NCBI GenBank assembly: GCA_965248435.1
Contig: OZ252100.1
Coordinates: forward strand, 4,672,001-4,736,000
From: Candidatus Latescibacterota bacterium
GTDB taxonomy: Bacteria; Latescibacterota; UBA2968; GCA-2709665
DNA length: 64,000 nucleotides
Reading direction: 5' to 3'
Part shown: positions 1 through 10,457 of the stretch, piece by piece
How positions within the stretch are numbered: position 1 is the stretch's first letter
Layout: the number at the start of each line of letters is the position of its first letter
The notes under the pieces: model-generated
What the model saw: only the letters and a program-made list of their open reading frames with translations
Told to the model about the DNA's origin: nothing
Databases searched by the model: none
Program-made: the position numbers and the translations under genes

Positions 1-1
1 G

Positions 2-1522
2 GCAGATTCGCTTGGGGATCCACAACCAGGGGATACGATCTCGGTGACGCTGGTGCTGAAGCCGAACGGGGATGTCTTAGCAGGGGTGGACGTCTTTTTC
101 GGTTTTGACACCGCGCGCCTGGCGCCCGTATCGCCCGATTCTCCGTTCGTGGCTGCGGGCCACACAGAGGGGGGATCGTTTCTTGTGAATCGGGTCCTGG
201 AGGATACTGCGGACAGCAGTCGGACCGTGGTCTTCTTCTCCGTCTTTCTACAGGCCAACATCACGGCAGAGGGGGCACTCGCCCGGCTCGACCTCGTGGT
301 TCTGGATCTTCCCGGCGGGCAGACCGTTCTGCGCTCGCTGAACGAACTGCCGCTTCGCAACAGTCAATACATCACAGCATCGCTGGGAACATTTACGCTT
401 CCTGCAGAGAACCATCTGGAGCTCACGGGCAACGCGCCTCCGGTGGTGAGGCCGTTTGCGACACAGATGACTCCGGAGGATACCCCGGCGACCGTCGTGC
501 TCGGGGGGATGGCCTCGGACAGAGAATCGCCGGACACAGCACTTGCCTGGACCTTCTTCGATCCGGACAGTTTGATCCAGACTGTTCCGCTCACACAAGA
601 TCCCGGGGTCATCGTCTTTTTCCCGCCTGAGGATGGCAACGGCGTCTACCTGGTGACCGCGGTGGTGAGCGATCCGGAGGGGGCCAGCGACACGACGGTG
701 GTCGTGTTGGAAGTGACACCGGCCAACGATCCTCCCGATATGCCGGTGTATGAGACGCCGGCCGACGGTGCTGCAGACCTGACGGCACCGATCACCTTCC
801 GGTGGCAGCTGCACGATCGGGATCGGGATGACACCCTGACGGCCGATTTGCTCGTCGGTATCGATGCGAACGATTTCTCGATTCAGCGGGCCGATCTGAC
901 AGCGAATTCTGACACCGTGACGGTCCCAGCCGAAAACACGACCTATTTCTGGCAGGTCGTGGCGCGGGATGCAGCGGGCGCGGAGACGAAAGGTCCGGTC
1001 TGGGAATTCACGACCACACCCGATCTTACCCCGCCGGAGGTCGAGTTCGTCGAACTGTCGGGTGAGCCCACCGACTTCTCCGCTTTGATCGTTTGGCGCG
1101 TGAGCGAGTTCGTTACTGCATTGGTGAGGTACGGTCTCGCGTCCGGGTTTTCGGACTCGGCTGGCGTAGAAACTCTTGAGTTGGAGGGGTTTGAGAAGGA
1201 AGGTCAGGCCATACTGACCGGTTTAGGACCAGGAACCGAGTATGCCTACCAGATGGTGTTCGCGGATGGGAGCGGCAATGAAGCGTTGAGTGACGTCCAG
1301 CTATTCATAACGGTCGCGAGACCAGTAGAGGATGAGGGCGATCTGGACGGAGACCGACAGGTGACGTTTTTCGACTTCGTGCAGTTCGGTGTGGCGTTCA
1401 ACAGCAAACGGGGAGAGGAAAGATTTGACGAGAGCGCCGACCTGAACGGTGACGGGGAAGTCGGCTTTCTGGACTTCATCATTCTTGCGGCGAGATTCGG
1501 GAATGACTACAGAGGTACATAG
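2..1522 (+). CDS. Multidomain surface protein (cohesin-like, Ig/cadherin-like, FN3-like, C-terminal dockerin/EF-hand pair); 5' truncated by window
   Basis: Frame is open from base 2. Duplicated C-terminal motif GDLDGDRQVTFFDF / ADLNGDGEVGFLDF; Ig-like segments GNAPPVV..TPEDT and VTPANDPP; FN3-like TTYFWQVVARD. Confidence 0.75.
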   Translation, partial: ADSLGDPQPGDTISVTLVLKPNGDVLAGVDVFFGFDTARLAPVSPDSPFVAAGHTEGGSFLVNRVLEDTADSSRTVVFFSVFLQANITAEGALARLDLVVLDLPGGQTVLRSLNELPLRNSQYITASLGTFTLPAENHLELTGNAPPVVRPFATQMTPEDTPATVVLGGMASDRESPDTALAWTFFDPDSLIQTVPLTQDPGVIVFFPPEDGNGVYLVTAVVSDPEGASDTTVVVLEVTPANDPPDMPVYETPADGAADLTAPITFRWQLHDRDRDDTLTADLLVGIDANDFSIQRADLTANSDTVTVPAENTTYFWQVVARDAAGAETKGPVWEFTTTPDLTPPEVEFVELSGEPTDFSALIVWRVSEFVTALVRYGLASGFSDSAGVETLELEGFEKEGQAILTGLGPGTEYAYQMVFADGSGNEALSDVQLFITVARPVEDEGDLDGDRQVTFFDFVQFGVAFNSKRGEERFDESADLNGDGEVGFLDFIILAARFGNDYRGT

Positions 1523-1541
1523 GTACGTGAATCGTGAGGAC

Positions 1542-1595
1542 CGGGTATCGGGAGAGCAAAACACGGGTACCGGGAGAGCAAAATACGGGGACCGT
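1542..1595. repeat. 22-nt periodic CGGGTACCGGG-N-AAAACA intergenic repeat
   Basis: cgggtatcgggagagcaaaaca / cgggtaccgggagagcaaaata / cggggaccgt; related copies at ~37640, 40430, 46720, 55960. Confidence 0.85.
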
Positions 1596-1599
1596 AAGT

Positions 1600-1633
1600 C
1601 AATTGCGGATTGCGGATTTGGGATTGCGGATTG
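1600..1633. repeat. 7-nt periodic ATTGCGG-type repeat
   Basis: caattgcggattgcggatttgggattgcggattg; related copies at ~27374, 37697, 42661. Confidence 0.85.
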
Positions 1634-1668
1634 AGAGGCAGAGGCCTGCATAGGAAGTTCCGCGATTT

Positions 1669-1760
1669 CTGGAGTATTGCAGTAATGGAGTGATGGAGTA
1701 TTGCAAACCTGTCTTTCCATTACTCCATTACTCCATTATTCCAACACCCCACTACTCCAG
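1669..1760. repeat. Inverted array of 8-nt GGAGTAAT/ATTACTCC units between convergent genes
   Basis: ggagtattgcagtaatggagtgatggagtattg ... ccattactccattactccattattccaacaccccactactccag. Confidence 0.8.
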
Positions 1761-1798
1761 CAGTCGCGCCTTTTCCTCGTACCCACGAACAACGGCCT

Positions 1799-2164
1799 TC
1801 AACCTCCTGAAACTTTCGCATTGTAGCCCTCCTTCCGTAGCAGTTCAACAACCGTCTCCCGGTGGTCGCCCTGAATTTCGATCACGCCTTCCTTAACCGT
1901 ACCGCCACTTCCGCACTTCTGCTTGAGCCGTTTCGCGAGCTCCCTGAGTCCTTCCTTGTCGAGTGATACCCCGGAGATCACGGTTACCGCTTTTCCCCTG
2001 CGTCCCTTCGTTTCCCTCCTGACGACCACTGTCCCGCCCGCATTAGGAATCGCCTTTTTCTTCCCGCACTCACACGCTGCAACCGGTTTGCCACAGGTGG
2101 GGCACATCTTGCCGTGCGCTGTAGAGTAGACGAGATCGCTTTGGTTGTCTTTTCTTTCGGCCAT
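1799..2164 (-). CDS. yciH: Translation initiation factor SUI1 family (YciH)
   Basis: RRETKGRRGKAVTVISG...LKQKCGSGGTVKEGVIEIQGDHR. Confidence 0.92.
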   Translation of the reverse strand: MAERKDNQSDLVYSTAHGKMCPTCGKPVAACECGKKKAIPNAGGTVVVRRETKGRRGKAVTVISGVSLDKEGLRELAKRLKQKCGSGGTVKEGVIEIQGDHRETVVELLRKEGYNAKVSGG

Positions 2165-2194
2165 TTGAAAATTCCTGTCGGCTGACAACTGGAA

Positions 2195-3517
2195 TCAGGA
2201 AAGGAACTTAAGATAACGTTCCTTCATCGTATCAAGGTCGCGGACGATAGCGGCTCTCTCTGAAGACATCCTATTCAGGTAATATCTTCGTCTTCGCGGC
2301 AGCACCAAGCCCTGCCATAGAGGCCATTGCTGCAGGATATGCTCGTCGAAGAGGAGGGTGATGAGGCCGCTGAGCGGCCACGTGATCGCATAAAGGAAGG
2401 CAGTGCGGAAGTCCCTGAGCAGATATGCCGTTCCCCCCAGGACCAGGTAATAGAGCAGGAAAACGAATACGCCTGCCACAATCTTGACGGTTCCGATCGT
2501 TTCAGGTTCGTCCCTGTAGGGCCGGACGAAGAGCCGCGGGAGGTAGTAGGGCAGGGCGTTGTGGATGAACCCGTAAAGCACCACCGGTAGGAAAATGAGC
2601 GCGAGAAGCAGATGTCCGATCGGCGGGGTTGACTCCGGTGGGGCACCGATTCGGAGGCGACGGAGTTTACGGTGATGTGCGCGCAGGCTCCTGGCAAAGG
2701 TCTGGACAACCTCGGGATCCGAGTCGGCAAAGTGTTGAACCGCACGGATGATCTCCTGCCTGGCCCGGAGTCCATTGCTGAGGTCAGCCGAGTCGGGGAG
2801 TTCAGCGGCCAGGTTTTCGGTGTAAATCTCGGACAGATCCCGGATGACCGTTTCCAGGTCGGGATCGTCGATGTGGAGGGTCAGGCCAGCGAGGCGCTCG
2901 TGGATGAGCGCGGTCAATTCTCGCTCCGCGGCATTACGGTCTTTGAGGTACGCTACTAAAAAGCCGCGTACTTCGATTGCCTCGCCGAAATGGACGGATA
3001 CGTCACTCCGGAAGAGTCCGGGGTCTGAATAGGTCAGGCCGACCGGGATGATATTAACTCCCCGAGGGGTATCGGATTCCGCTTCGCTCCTGAGCGCGAT
3101 CCGTGCGGCCCCCGGCTTCAGTTCCTTCACCCTGAGTTCCGCGTGGCTGAGGCCTTCGGGGAACAGCGCAAGAGAACGCCCTTCCCTGAGGGTGTTGCAG
3201 GCGGCGCTCAGCATGGCTCGATTGCTGGAGATCCTAGAGCCTTCATCTCGCTTTCGTGCGACGGCAATCACGCCGAGTTGGCCCAAAAACCAGGCAAAAA
3301 AGCGGCGTTTGAACAGCGCAGATTTCCCGAGGAAACGGGGTGTGATGCCAGGAGCGTATCTTCCGAGAACAAGGGTATCGAGCATCTCGTTGGGATGGTT
3401 GGCCACAAAGACGAGTGGTCGATCCACTGGTACCCGGTCGTGGCCTCTGACGTCTATTCTGCGGAAGAAGATCCAAAGGGCGAGCATCACGATGGGGCGA
3501 AGAATGTGTAGCAGCAT
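2195..3517 (-). CDS. PlsC-like lysophospholipid/glycerol-phosphate acyltransferase with C-terminal TM helices
   Basis: NHPNEMLD (HX4D) and FPEG motifs. Confidence 0.85.
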   Translation of the reverse strand: MLLHILRPIVMLALWIFFRRIDVRGHDRVPVDRPLVFVANHPNEMLDTLVLGRYAPGITPRFLGKSALFKRRFFAWFLGQLGVIAVARKRDEGSRISSNRAMLSAACNTLREGRSLALFPEGLSHAELRVKELKPGAARIALRSEAESDTPRGVNIIPVGLTYSDPGLFRSDVSVHFGEAIEVRGFLVAYLKDRNAAERELTALIHERLAGLTLHIDDPDLETVIRDLSEIYTENLAAELPDSADLSNGLRARQEIIRAVQHFADSDPEVVQTFARSLRAHHRKLRRLRIGAPPESTPPIGHLLLALIFLPVVLYGFIHNALPYYLPRLFVRPYRDEPETIGTVKIVAGVFVFLLYYLVLGGTAYLLRDFRTAFLYAITWPLSGLITLLFDEHILQQWPLWQGLVLPRRRRYYLNRMSSERAAIVRDLDTMKERYLKFLS

Positions 3518-3534
3518 GGTTTTCCCGAACACAC

Positions 3535-4767
3535 CTATTCGACAAAAGATTTCCGACCTCTGACGCGCTGTAGCAACAGGAGACCGACCAGGAAGAATAC
3601 GGCGACCGACAGGATTGCGGCCCGCTGGTTGAACGCGTGTGAGATCTCACCGAAGACAATCGGGCCGATTACGGAAGATGACTTTCCACAGAACGCATAG
3701 AAACCGAACATCTCGGCCTCTTTTCCTTCCGGTATCAACCCTGACATAAACGCGCGACTGGCCGCCTGTACGGTGCCGAGTCCCGTACCGGCCAACACAG
3801 CGATCACGAAGAACAGGGTTTTGGATTCGACGAAGTAGGCCATGATGACAATCGCGGTCCACAAGGTGAGGGTCAGTGTAAGGACCTTCTTCGGACCCCA
3901 GATATCGGTCGGTCGGGCCAACGCAAGTGAGCCGACCAATGCCGATAACTGGACCACGAGGAAGAGATAGATCAATTCCGGCTGGGAAAAGCCCAGGGTT
4001 GTGGCGGCGAAGATCGCCGCGAAGTAGATCGTCGTATTCACTCCGTCGATGTAGACAAAGAAGGCAACAAGAAAACGGCGCATCTCGCGTAACCCCCAGA
4101 CATCACCCACAAGACGTCTGAATCCGGTGATTCCTTCGATCGCGGCCTGCAGAAGGGTCCGGTCTCCGCGTTTGTCTGCGGGGAGACTGAAGAAAGTGGG
4201 CAGCGAAAAGAGTGCGAAGAAGCCGGCAACGGAAAGCCAGGTGAGATCGAATCGCCCACTGGTGGCGAGGGGAAGGGCGATGAGCAGGCCGACGGCCGAG
4301 CCGGCATAGCCGACACCGAAACCGATTCCTGAAACGAAGCCCTGGCGCTCGGGGGGCGCGATGTCTGGCAGATATGCATTGTAATAGACCAGCCCACCCT
4401 CGAACCCGATGTTGGCAACCAGGGCGAGCACCCACGCCAACATAATCATGCCCGGCTGGATCGTTGTGAAAAGAGCCACACTTACCACACAGATGGCAGT
4501 GTAGAGAAGAAGCATCTTCTTCCGGATTCCCGCGCGATCGGCAACTGAGCCAAGCACCGGCGACGAAAGCGCCACGAACAGCATCGAGACCGAGAGGACA
4601 CGCCCCCACCACAAATCGCCGAGCCCGGTTTCGTTGCCGACGATCTGTGTGGTGAAATAGACACTGAACACCGTAGCCGTGATGACTGCAGGATAGACGG
4701 AGTTGGCAAAGTCGTAGAGGGCCCATCCAGCTATTGTTCTCCTGTCGTTTTTCAAGGTCGTCTCCAC
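3535..4767 (-). CDS. MFS transporter (UMF1/Atg22-like)
   Basis: WALYDFANS N-terminal motif; multiple TM helices; EMFGFYAFCGK. Confidence 0.88.
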   Translation of the reverse strand: METTLKNDRRTIAGWALYDFANSVYPAVITATVFSVYFTTQIVGNETGLGDLWWGRVLSVSMLFVALSSPVLGSVADRAGIRKKMLLLYTAICVVSVALFTTIQPGMIMLAWVLALVANIGFEGGLVYYNAYLPDIAPPERQGFVSGIGFGVGYAGSAVGLLIALPLATSGRFDLTWLSVAGFFALFSLPTFFSLPADKRGDRTLLQAAIEGITGFRRLVGDVWGLREMRRFLVAFFVYIDGVNTTIYFAAIFAATTLGFSQPELIYLFLVVQLSALVGSLALARPTDIWGPKKVLTLTLTLWTAIVIMAYFVESKTLFFVIAVLAGTGLGTVQAASRAFMSGLIPEGKEAEMFGFYAFCGKSSSVIGPIVFGEISHAFNQRAAILSVAVFFLVGLLLLQRVRGRKSFVE

Positions 4768-4866
4768 GTTTATCCCCTAGTCTCGTCCAGCGAAGTTGAG
4801 GTGTTTTTTGCCCAATGCGTAGCTATTCAATCTATGAATCAACGGCTCTTTGATTGACTGCATTGT

Positions 4867-5946
4867 CTATGAGTTGCATAACTGTGCCAGGATCTTTGAA
4901 ACCAAGGAAACGTCGTTCAGTAGATCACCATGCTTTCGTGCCGTTTTATGGATCACATACGGCACACCTTTAGGCGGTAGCGCGCTTGCCAAAGGCACAC
5001 GACCGTCCCCGGGTTCTCTCCGACCTTCCCTAAAATTCCATCCTCTTACTGCACGTTGACCGCCTTTGACAACAACTGAGGGCGTTTGGTGAGTGTCACC
5101 CGCCAGCACAGCAAATGGGGGATACTCAAACGAATCTTCCTCGCTGCAGACCTGGGACCTGAACTCCTGCGCGCGCGCAAGTGCGTTGCGGAGGTGAACT
5201 CGCTGCGCGTCGCTGACATCAGCCCTTTCGAGTGTCGCGAAAATTCCGAGCTTGCGACGCTCCCAGTCCTCTGCCGAGTACCAATCATGTGGAATGGGTT
5301 TGCCTTGTTGGTCCCAAAGAGCCGATTCGTACTCATCCATAGGGAAGAAGCAGTACAGCGACACGAACGTAAACAGGACTTGTGGGCTCAGGATTCGTCT
5401 GTTCAGTCCCGTGGACATGCCCGCATGCATATCTTCCAGGAAGCTAATCATGGGTCCGAATGGGACACCCGCGAAGAGCGCACTGTGAACCAGGTCTGGA
5501 CGACGCTTGAGGCCCACGAAGCTGATAAGGCCACCCATGCTGTGGCCCACAATCTGGATCTTCGCACCTTCGTGCTGCCGACTTACTGTTTCCAGAAACT
5601 CAACGAACCTGTGGGTATTCTCTAGGTTATCTCGACGCCAGTCGTATAGGAAAGGATGAAAGGACCGTCCAGATGCCATCGCCCAATTCAGAAAAGGGGC
5701 GTAGATGTCTTTTGTTAGCACGTTTCTGAGCGGTGCTATTGGCGCAAGTTCATCACGCTGCTGGACATCGCTTTCCCAATGTAGCGGCAAGCTCAAGTCG
5801 CGAGTCGTGAGTCCCAGCGCCTGCAACCAGGTCAACCAGAAACACCGACCTTTGGGGTCGGATAGGCTGCTCCCCTTGATCCCGTGGACAAAGACCAAAG
5901 GGGGAAATCCCTCGCAAGGCGAAGTGGATTCTTGATCGAAAGGCAT
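4867..5946 (-). CDS. Alpha/beta hydrolase, LCAT/PGAP1-like lipase-acyltransferase
   Basis: VFVHGIKGS, YDWRRD, GHSMGG nucleophile elbow, GDGRVP. Confidence 0.85.
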   Translation of the reverse strand: MPFDQESTSPCEGFPPLVFVHGIKGSSLSDPKGRCFWLTWLQALGLTTRDLSLPLHWESDVQQRDELAPIAPLRNVLTKDIYAPFLNWAMASGRSFHPFLYDWRRDNLENTHRFVEFLETVSRQHEGAKIQIVGHSMGGLISFVGLKRRPDLVHSALFAGVPFGPMISFLEDMHAGMSTGLNRRILSPQVLFTFVSLYCFFPMDEYESALWDQQGKPIPHDWYSAEDWERRKLGIFATLERADVSDAQRVHLRNALARAQEFRSQVCSEEDSFEYPPFAVLAGDTHQTPSVVVKGGQRAVRGWNFREGRREPGDGRVPLASALPPKGVPYVIHKTARKHGDLLNDVSLVSKILAQLCNS

Positions 5947-6031
5947 GCGAAGACCCTTGGATAGACCAGGAGGCCTCTACGGGTGATGGCGCAATATCGG
6001 TACTTCTGTATTGACGATCGTCGTAAAACGT

Positions 6032-6361
6032 TCACCACACGTCTATGAAGAACTCGTTAAATCCAGTGTCACACGCTTCTTGGGTCTCGAAAAACCTGTC
6101 GGGAGCCACGGAGTCCGGTTCCCACACCGTGCTACATTCGTTTAGAAGAACCTCTGAATTTAATATTTCCTCGGAGTGCGAATAGGAGTGAGTTCGAAAG
6201 GCTCTCAGAGGGGTTTCCGACGCTTGACGTCTATGCTTCACGTCCCGGAACCTAACGACTGTATCATATAGCACTCCTACAGCGACAACAATAGCAATGA
6301 GGGTTATCATGACCACCCCGCCAAGCAGAAACCAGAAGAATGGAGCACTCTGATCGATCAT
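6032..6361 (-). CDS. Hypothetical membrane protein
   Basis: 109-aa ORF with one N-terminal TM helix, co-oriented with its neighbours. Confidence 0.45.
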   Translation of the reverse strand: MIDQSAPFFWFLLGGVVMITLIAIVVAVGVLYDTVVRFRDVKHRRQASETPLRAFRTHSYSHSEEILNSEVLLNECSTVWEPDSVAPDRFFETQEACDTGFNEFFIDVW

Positions 6362-6405
6362 AGCTTGACCTCGATGGGGCCGTTGCCCTGGCGGGACGCG
6401 TCCGG

Positions 6406-7631
6406 CTACTGTTGGAACATACTGGTGTTTCGTGTCACATGCTCCGCGATCGTCCGAAACACTGCGATGGATTCGAGTTCCTTTTCATCACCATCTTCAT
6501 TGTAGCGCGGGTACGCAGAGCTCTTGGCGATCACGACTCTGTGCCTGGGGTGAACGTATATGAACTGATTGTAGATGCCGATCGCCAAAAAATCACCGTC
6601 TTGTGGAATCCACCATTGATAACCATATCCGAGCACCGAATCGGAGGCTGGGTTATCACCCGGCTGCAAGTGAGGTGCGCCCGGCGTCACGGATGCCTGG
6701 ACCCATTCAGCCGGGATGATCTGTTCTCCGTTCCAAACACCCTTGTTCATGAATAGCATACCTAAACGGGCATAGTCTCTGAGTACGCAATTCAGGCCCC
6801 CGAAGGCGAGCTCCATTCCTCTGCCATCGACCAACCAGGAAGCATCCGCCTCCATTCCTATCTTCTGCCAAATCTTTGTCTCCAGATAGGATGAAACCGT
6901 TTGCCCGGTCGTCTCTCGAAGCACCATCCCCAGAACCTGTGTATCCATGCTTACGTATTGGTTATACGTTCCCGGTGTGCGCTCCCGCTTCAGGGATGAA
7001 ACGAATTCGTCCAGCGACGTGTTCAGGGCAATCGCCCGTCCCATCCGGTTAATATCAGAGAAAAAGTCTGCGTAGTCCTCGTCGAACCGGACGCCCGACG
7101 ACATCTGGAGGGCATCCTTTATCGACACACCATCATACCCCGTGTCCCTCAGAAGCGGAACGTAATCGGTTACGGGCTGTTCAATGCTGGCTATCCACCC
7201 TTCATTGACCGCAATGCCAACCAGAGCCGATACGAATGACTTCGCGAGTGACCAGGAAATTGTCTTGGAAGTTTCGGTATTGCCCCGATCATACTTCTCG
7301 AAAACGATTTTGCCATCCCTGAGCACGACCAGTCCGGTGGTCCAGGTTTCATCGAGAAATTCAGCTAGGGACCTGATCTCTCCTTTGTATTCGTAGGTCA
7401 ATGGCAAATCAGTCAACTCACGTTCGAACCTGTGTACAACCCGACCTCTACGAATCGGCACCGCGTCAAACATCGCCTCCATCGAGCGAAAGTTGGCCAC
7501 GACTTTATCCGGCTCAACAGAGTAATCACGTTGTAAGTCCGAACGATTCTCTTATGAAAGAGACCGAAGAGAATGATCACCGGAACCAGAAGAATCAGAC
7601 CGACTTTCAGAATCCGGTAGAGATAACGCAT
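6406..7631 (-). CDS. Serine hydrolase, beta-lactamase class C / NylB-like, with apparent frameshift near 7516
   Basis: SWSLAKS (SxxK), YVS and YGYQWW motifs. The N-terminal anchor MRYLYRILKVG lies in another frame; one extra T restores ITLFEPDKVVANF. Confidence 0.8.
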
Positions 7632-7678
7632 GGTCTTTTCCTGAAGTGTGTTACAAACGGTCCGGCCTCTGGTGTGAA

Positions 7679-9163
7679 TCAAGAGGGTCCCGGTCGCGTT
7701 AAAGACGAAGAGTTGTAAATGAGCTGGATATAGAATCTAATGATTTCTTCGTAGTTGTGAACTGAGATGCGCTCGTCGCGGCCGTGGATCCTTTTAAGGT
7801 CCTTCCGCTCGAACCGAATCGGGAGGAATCGAAAGATGTTGGGTGTCAGCCCTGCGAAGTGTTTGGAGTCCGTGGATCCAATGAACAGAGAGGGTGCAAC
7901 AAGGACGTCAGGAAAGACCTGATGGATCGTCCGCTGAAAAATCTTGAAATTTGATGATTCGATGTTAGACGTCGCCGATGGCTCAATTCCGGTGTATTCC
8001 AGAATGCGAATCTTCACTGTTGAATCGGCGATTGTCCGGCGAGTGTGTTGAACGACTCGTCCGATGCTATTCTCAGGAAGGATCCGAAAGTTTACAACTG
8101 CCCGCGCGGTTTTGGGCAACACATTTTCCTTCACACCCGAAGAGAAGATCGTCGCCGCCATTGTGGTCTGGATGAGGGCGTTGGTCCCGGGTGAAGCAGC
8201 AAGTTGACGCTCGAGAAGCCCATCAAAGCACCAGAGGTTCGCCAATATCATCCGCTTGATGAATGGCATCTGCGGCGCCAGATGCTCGAACATCTGCTGG
8301 ACAGGTCTCGTGATTCTCGATCTGAACGGATTGCTTTCAAGATTGTGTAGGGCGGTGCTGAGGATGCTGATGGCGGTTTGCTTTGGAGGCATCGACGAAT
8401 GCCCTCCCTCGGTTTCGACTGCCAACTCCAGGCTTACGTATCCTTTCTCCGCGATGCCCACGAGTGCAACCGGCCTGGTAACACCCGGCAGGATCCCGTG
8501 AGTAATCGCGAGGCCTTCGTCGAGCACATACTCCAGTTCTACGTCCCTTGAATCTAAGAGTTCAGCGATCCGAGCGGCGCCTTCCCCTCCCCCAGTCTCC
8601 TCATCGTGGCCAAAGGCCAGGTAAATCGTGTGGCTGGGCTGGAAGTCTTTTTGTAACAGCGTTTCAACGGCTTCGAGGAGGCCCAGAACGCCGACCTTCA
8701 TATCCAGGCTGCCGCGGCCCCAGATGTAGCTCCCAGCAATGTGTCCCTCGAAGGGCGGATGTGTCCAACGAGTTTCCTTTGCGGCCTCGATCGGAACGAT
8801 ATCCGTGTGGGCATACAGAAGAATAGGGTTTTCTTCTGGCTCGCTTCCCGCCCAGGTGTAAAGAAGGCTTAGGTCTCCGATCACTTCCTTCGTCAGACTG
8901 GCGTGAACCAGCGGAAAGCTGTGTTCGAGGTACCGATACAGATTCAGGAACTCCTCACGATGAAAAATCTTCGAATCCTGGAATGAGATCGTCTTGAACT
9001 GGAGTGCGCGCGACAAACGCCTGGACATTTCGTCTCGATCGAGTGCGGCCTCGATAGGGGGATCACTTGGAAGCTGACTCGATGGAAAAACAATTGTTCT
9101 GATCAAAATCAGCGCGAGCAATACGGCCAGTCCGGAAACGATGACAAATAGCAGTAGTTTCAT
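7679..9163 (-). CDS. M20 family metallopeptidase (carboxypeptidase S / PM20D1-like)
   Basis: AHTDIVP, GRGSLDMK, GHDEETGG, LDEG, GGHSS, RIHGRDE. Confidence 0.9.
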   Translation of the reverse strand: MKLLLFVIVSGLAVLLALILIRTIVFPSSQLPSDPPIEAALDRDEMSRRLSRALQFKTISFQDSKIFHREEFLNLYRYLEHSFPLVHASLTKEVIGDLSLLYTWAGSEPEENPILLYAHTDIVPIEAAKETRWTHPPFEGHIAGSYIWGRGSLDMKVGVLGLLEAVETLLQKDFQPSHTIYLAFGHDEETGGGEGAARIAELLDSRDVELEYVLDEGLAITHGILPGVTRPVALVGIAEKGYVSLELAVETEGGHSSMPPKQTAISILSTALHNLESNPFRSRITRPVQQMFEHLAPQMPFIKRMILANLWCFDGLLERQLAASPGTNALIQTTMAATIFSSGVKENVLPKTARAVVNFRILPENSIGRVVQHTRRTIADSTVKIRILEYTGIEPSATSNIESSNFKIFQRTIHQVFPDVLVAPSLFIGSTDSKHFAGLTPNIFRFLPIRFERKDLKRIHGRDERISVHNYEEIIRFYIQLIYNSSSLTRPGPS

Positions 9164-9188
9164 CGATCCACCCTCCTAGCTCAGGAAC

Positions 9189-9201
9189 TTAACACCGTTA
9201 A
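9189..9201. promoter_or_regulatory. Putative TetR operator TTAAC-N3-GTTAA
   Basis: ttaacaccgttaa upstream of the M20 gene; matches the palindrome at 11097-11109. Confidence 0.55.
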
Positions 9202-9233
9202 CCGTCTGAGAAAAAAATGATAAATTTCAAATC

Positions 9234-10421
9234 TCAATCAATACCAACAGCACGCCGTTTAAGTACTCCAATAACGCGGCGGATTGGTTTGTATGATTTA
9301 ACGGTCAGCGTTTCGAGATCAGAGGGGTATTGTGTCAGGAGTTCGTAACCGTCCCTGGTAACAAGAACGGTGTCGGAGTGACGCAAGCCACCAACTCCCG
9401 GCAGATAAATACCTGGCTCGATGCTGATAAGCATGTTCTCCTCCAAAACGTCATCACTGCCTTCCGCCACCCACGGACCCTCGTGATTTCCCAGCCCGAA
9501 TCCGTGACCGGTTCTGTGCAGCAGACAATCACCATACCCCTTTTCGCGAAGAAACTCGTTGGCAACAGCGTCAACCTCGGCACATCTGACGCCGTGTCGC
9601 AGGAGTGCAAACGCTCGACATCGAGCTTCTTGCATAGCGGCGAACCCGTCTTTCACATCGCCTTCAGGAGGGGAGAGAAAATAGGTTCGCTCGCATTCGG
9701 CGGCATAGCCATTTACTCGCAACAAAGCCAGCGCGATGTGAGGGCCGTCTCTCAGTCGGTCACCTATGGATGGTACTCCGTGGGGTTGCGCACTCAAAGG
9801 GGCGGGCCAGGCACCGACCAAGACGTTCGTTGTAAGAACGTCATAGTTGGTCTCTTTCAAAATCTGCATCTGAACTGGACGACTCTGTGAAAACAGTTCC
9901 AATTCGGAAACGCCGTAGTACGACGCTTCGATCACCTTTTCCACTCCCAGATCAGCATAACGTGCTGCCTTGCGCACCATCTCGATCTCATCTGGAGACT
10001 TGATCAGTCGCTGCCGCTCAACGAGAGGTAGAACTTGAGGCTTCTGGTTTGTGAGATGACTAAAGATTTCCTGGGACAGGCTTGGTTCAACGCCCAGATG
10101 CGATGCGCTGCCGACGATTTCAAGGAGTCGATCTGGCCAACCTTGGCCGATTGGTGATGGATAGTCCCAGTAGCTGTGCACCTCGCTGATATTTGGAGCG
10201 TCCTTGAGATGATCCTTTTCAAGCGCGGGCACCAGAAGTGTTGCGGCTGCGCGTGGCCGGACTGCGATGAAAAATGGCCTCTCAAATGGTCGATAGGAAA
10301 CACCTGTCAGGTAATAAATGCTCTCTTCGCTCGAGACCAGAAATGTGTCAAGGCCGTGTTCCGCAACTTTGTCCTGGAGATGTCGCATCCGGATCGAATA
10401 TTCTTGTGCGGATATACTCAT
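9234..10421 (-). CDS. Xaa-Pro peptidase family (M24)
   Basis: Creatinase-like N domain; HRTGHGFGLGNHEGP, EPGIY, RHSDTV. Confidence 0.9.
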   Translation of the reverse strand: MSISAQEYSIRMRHLQDKVAEHGLDTFLVSSEESIYYLTGVSYRPFERPFFIAVRPRAAATLLVPALEKDHLKDAPNISEVHSYWDYPSPIGQGWPDRLLEIVGSASHLGVEPSLSQEIFSHLTNQKPQVLPLVERQRLIKSPDEIEMVRKAARYADLGVEKVIEASYYGVSELELFSQSRPVQMQILKETNYDVLTTNVLVGAWPAPLSAQPHGVPSIGDRLRDGPHIALALLRVNGYAAECERTYFLSPPEGDVKDGFAAMQEARCRAFALLRHGVRCAEVDAVANEFLREKGYGDCLLHRTGHGFGLGNHEGPWVAEGSDDVLEENMLISIEPGIYLPGVGGLRHSDTVLVTRDGYELLTQYPSDLETLTVKSYKPIRRVIGVLKRRAVGID

Positions 10422-10457
10422 TTCTTCACCCCTACTCACTGCGAGGACTCGAAATCC

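Noticed and set aside
1542-1760. CRISPR array
   Set aside because: Units are short, degenerate and tandem, with no unique spacers and no cas genes.
7505-7525. Programmed frameshift or phase variation in the serine hydrolase
   Set aside because: Single missing base in a short homopolymer with no slippery heptamer. The same pattern at ~40021 and probably ~58980 suggests sequencing indels, though real pseudogenes cannot be excluded without reads.
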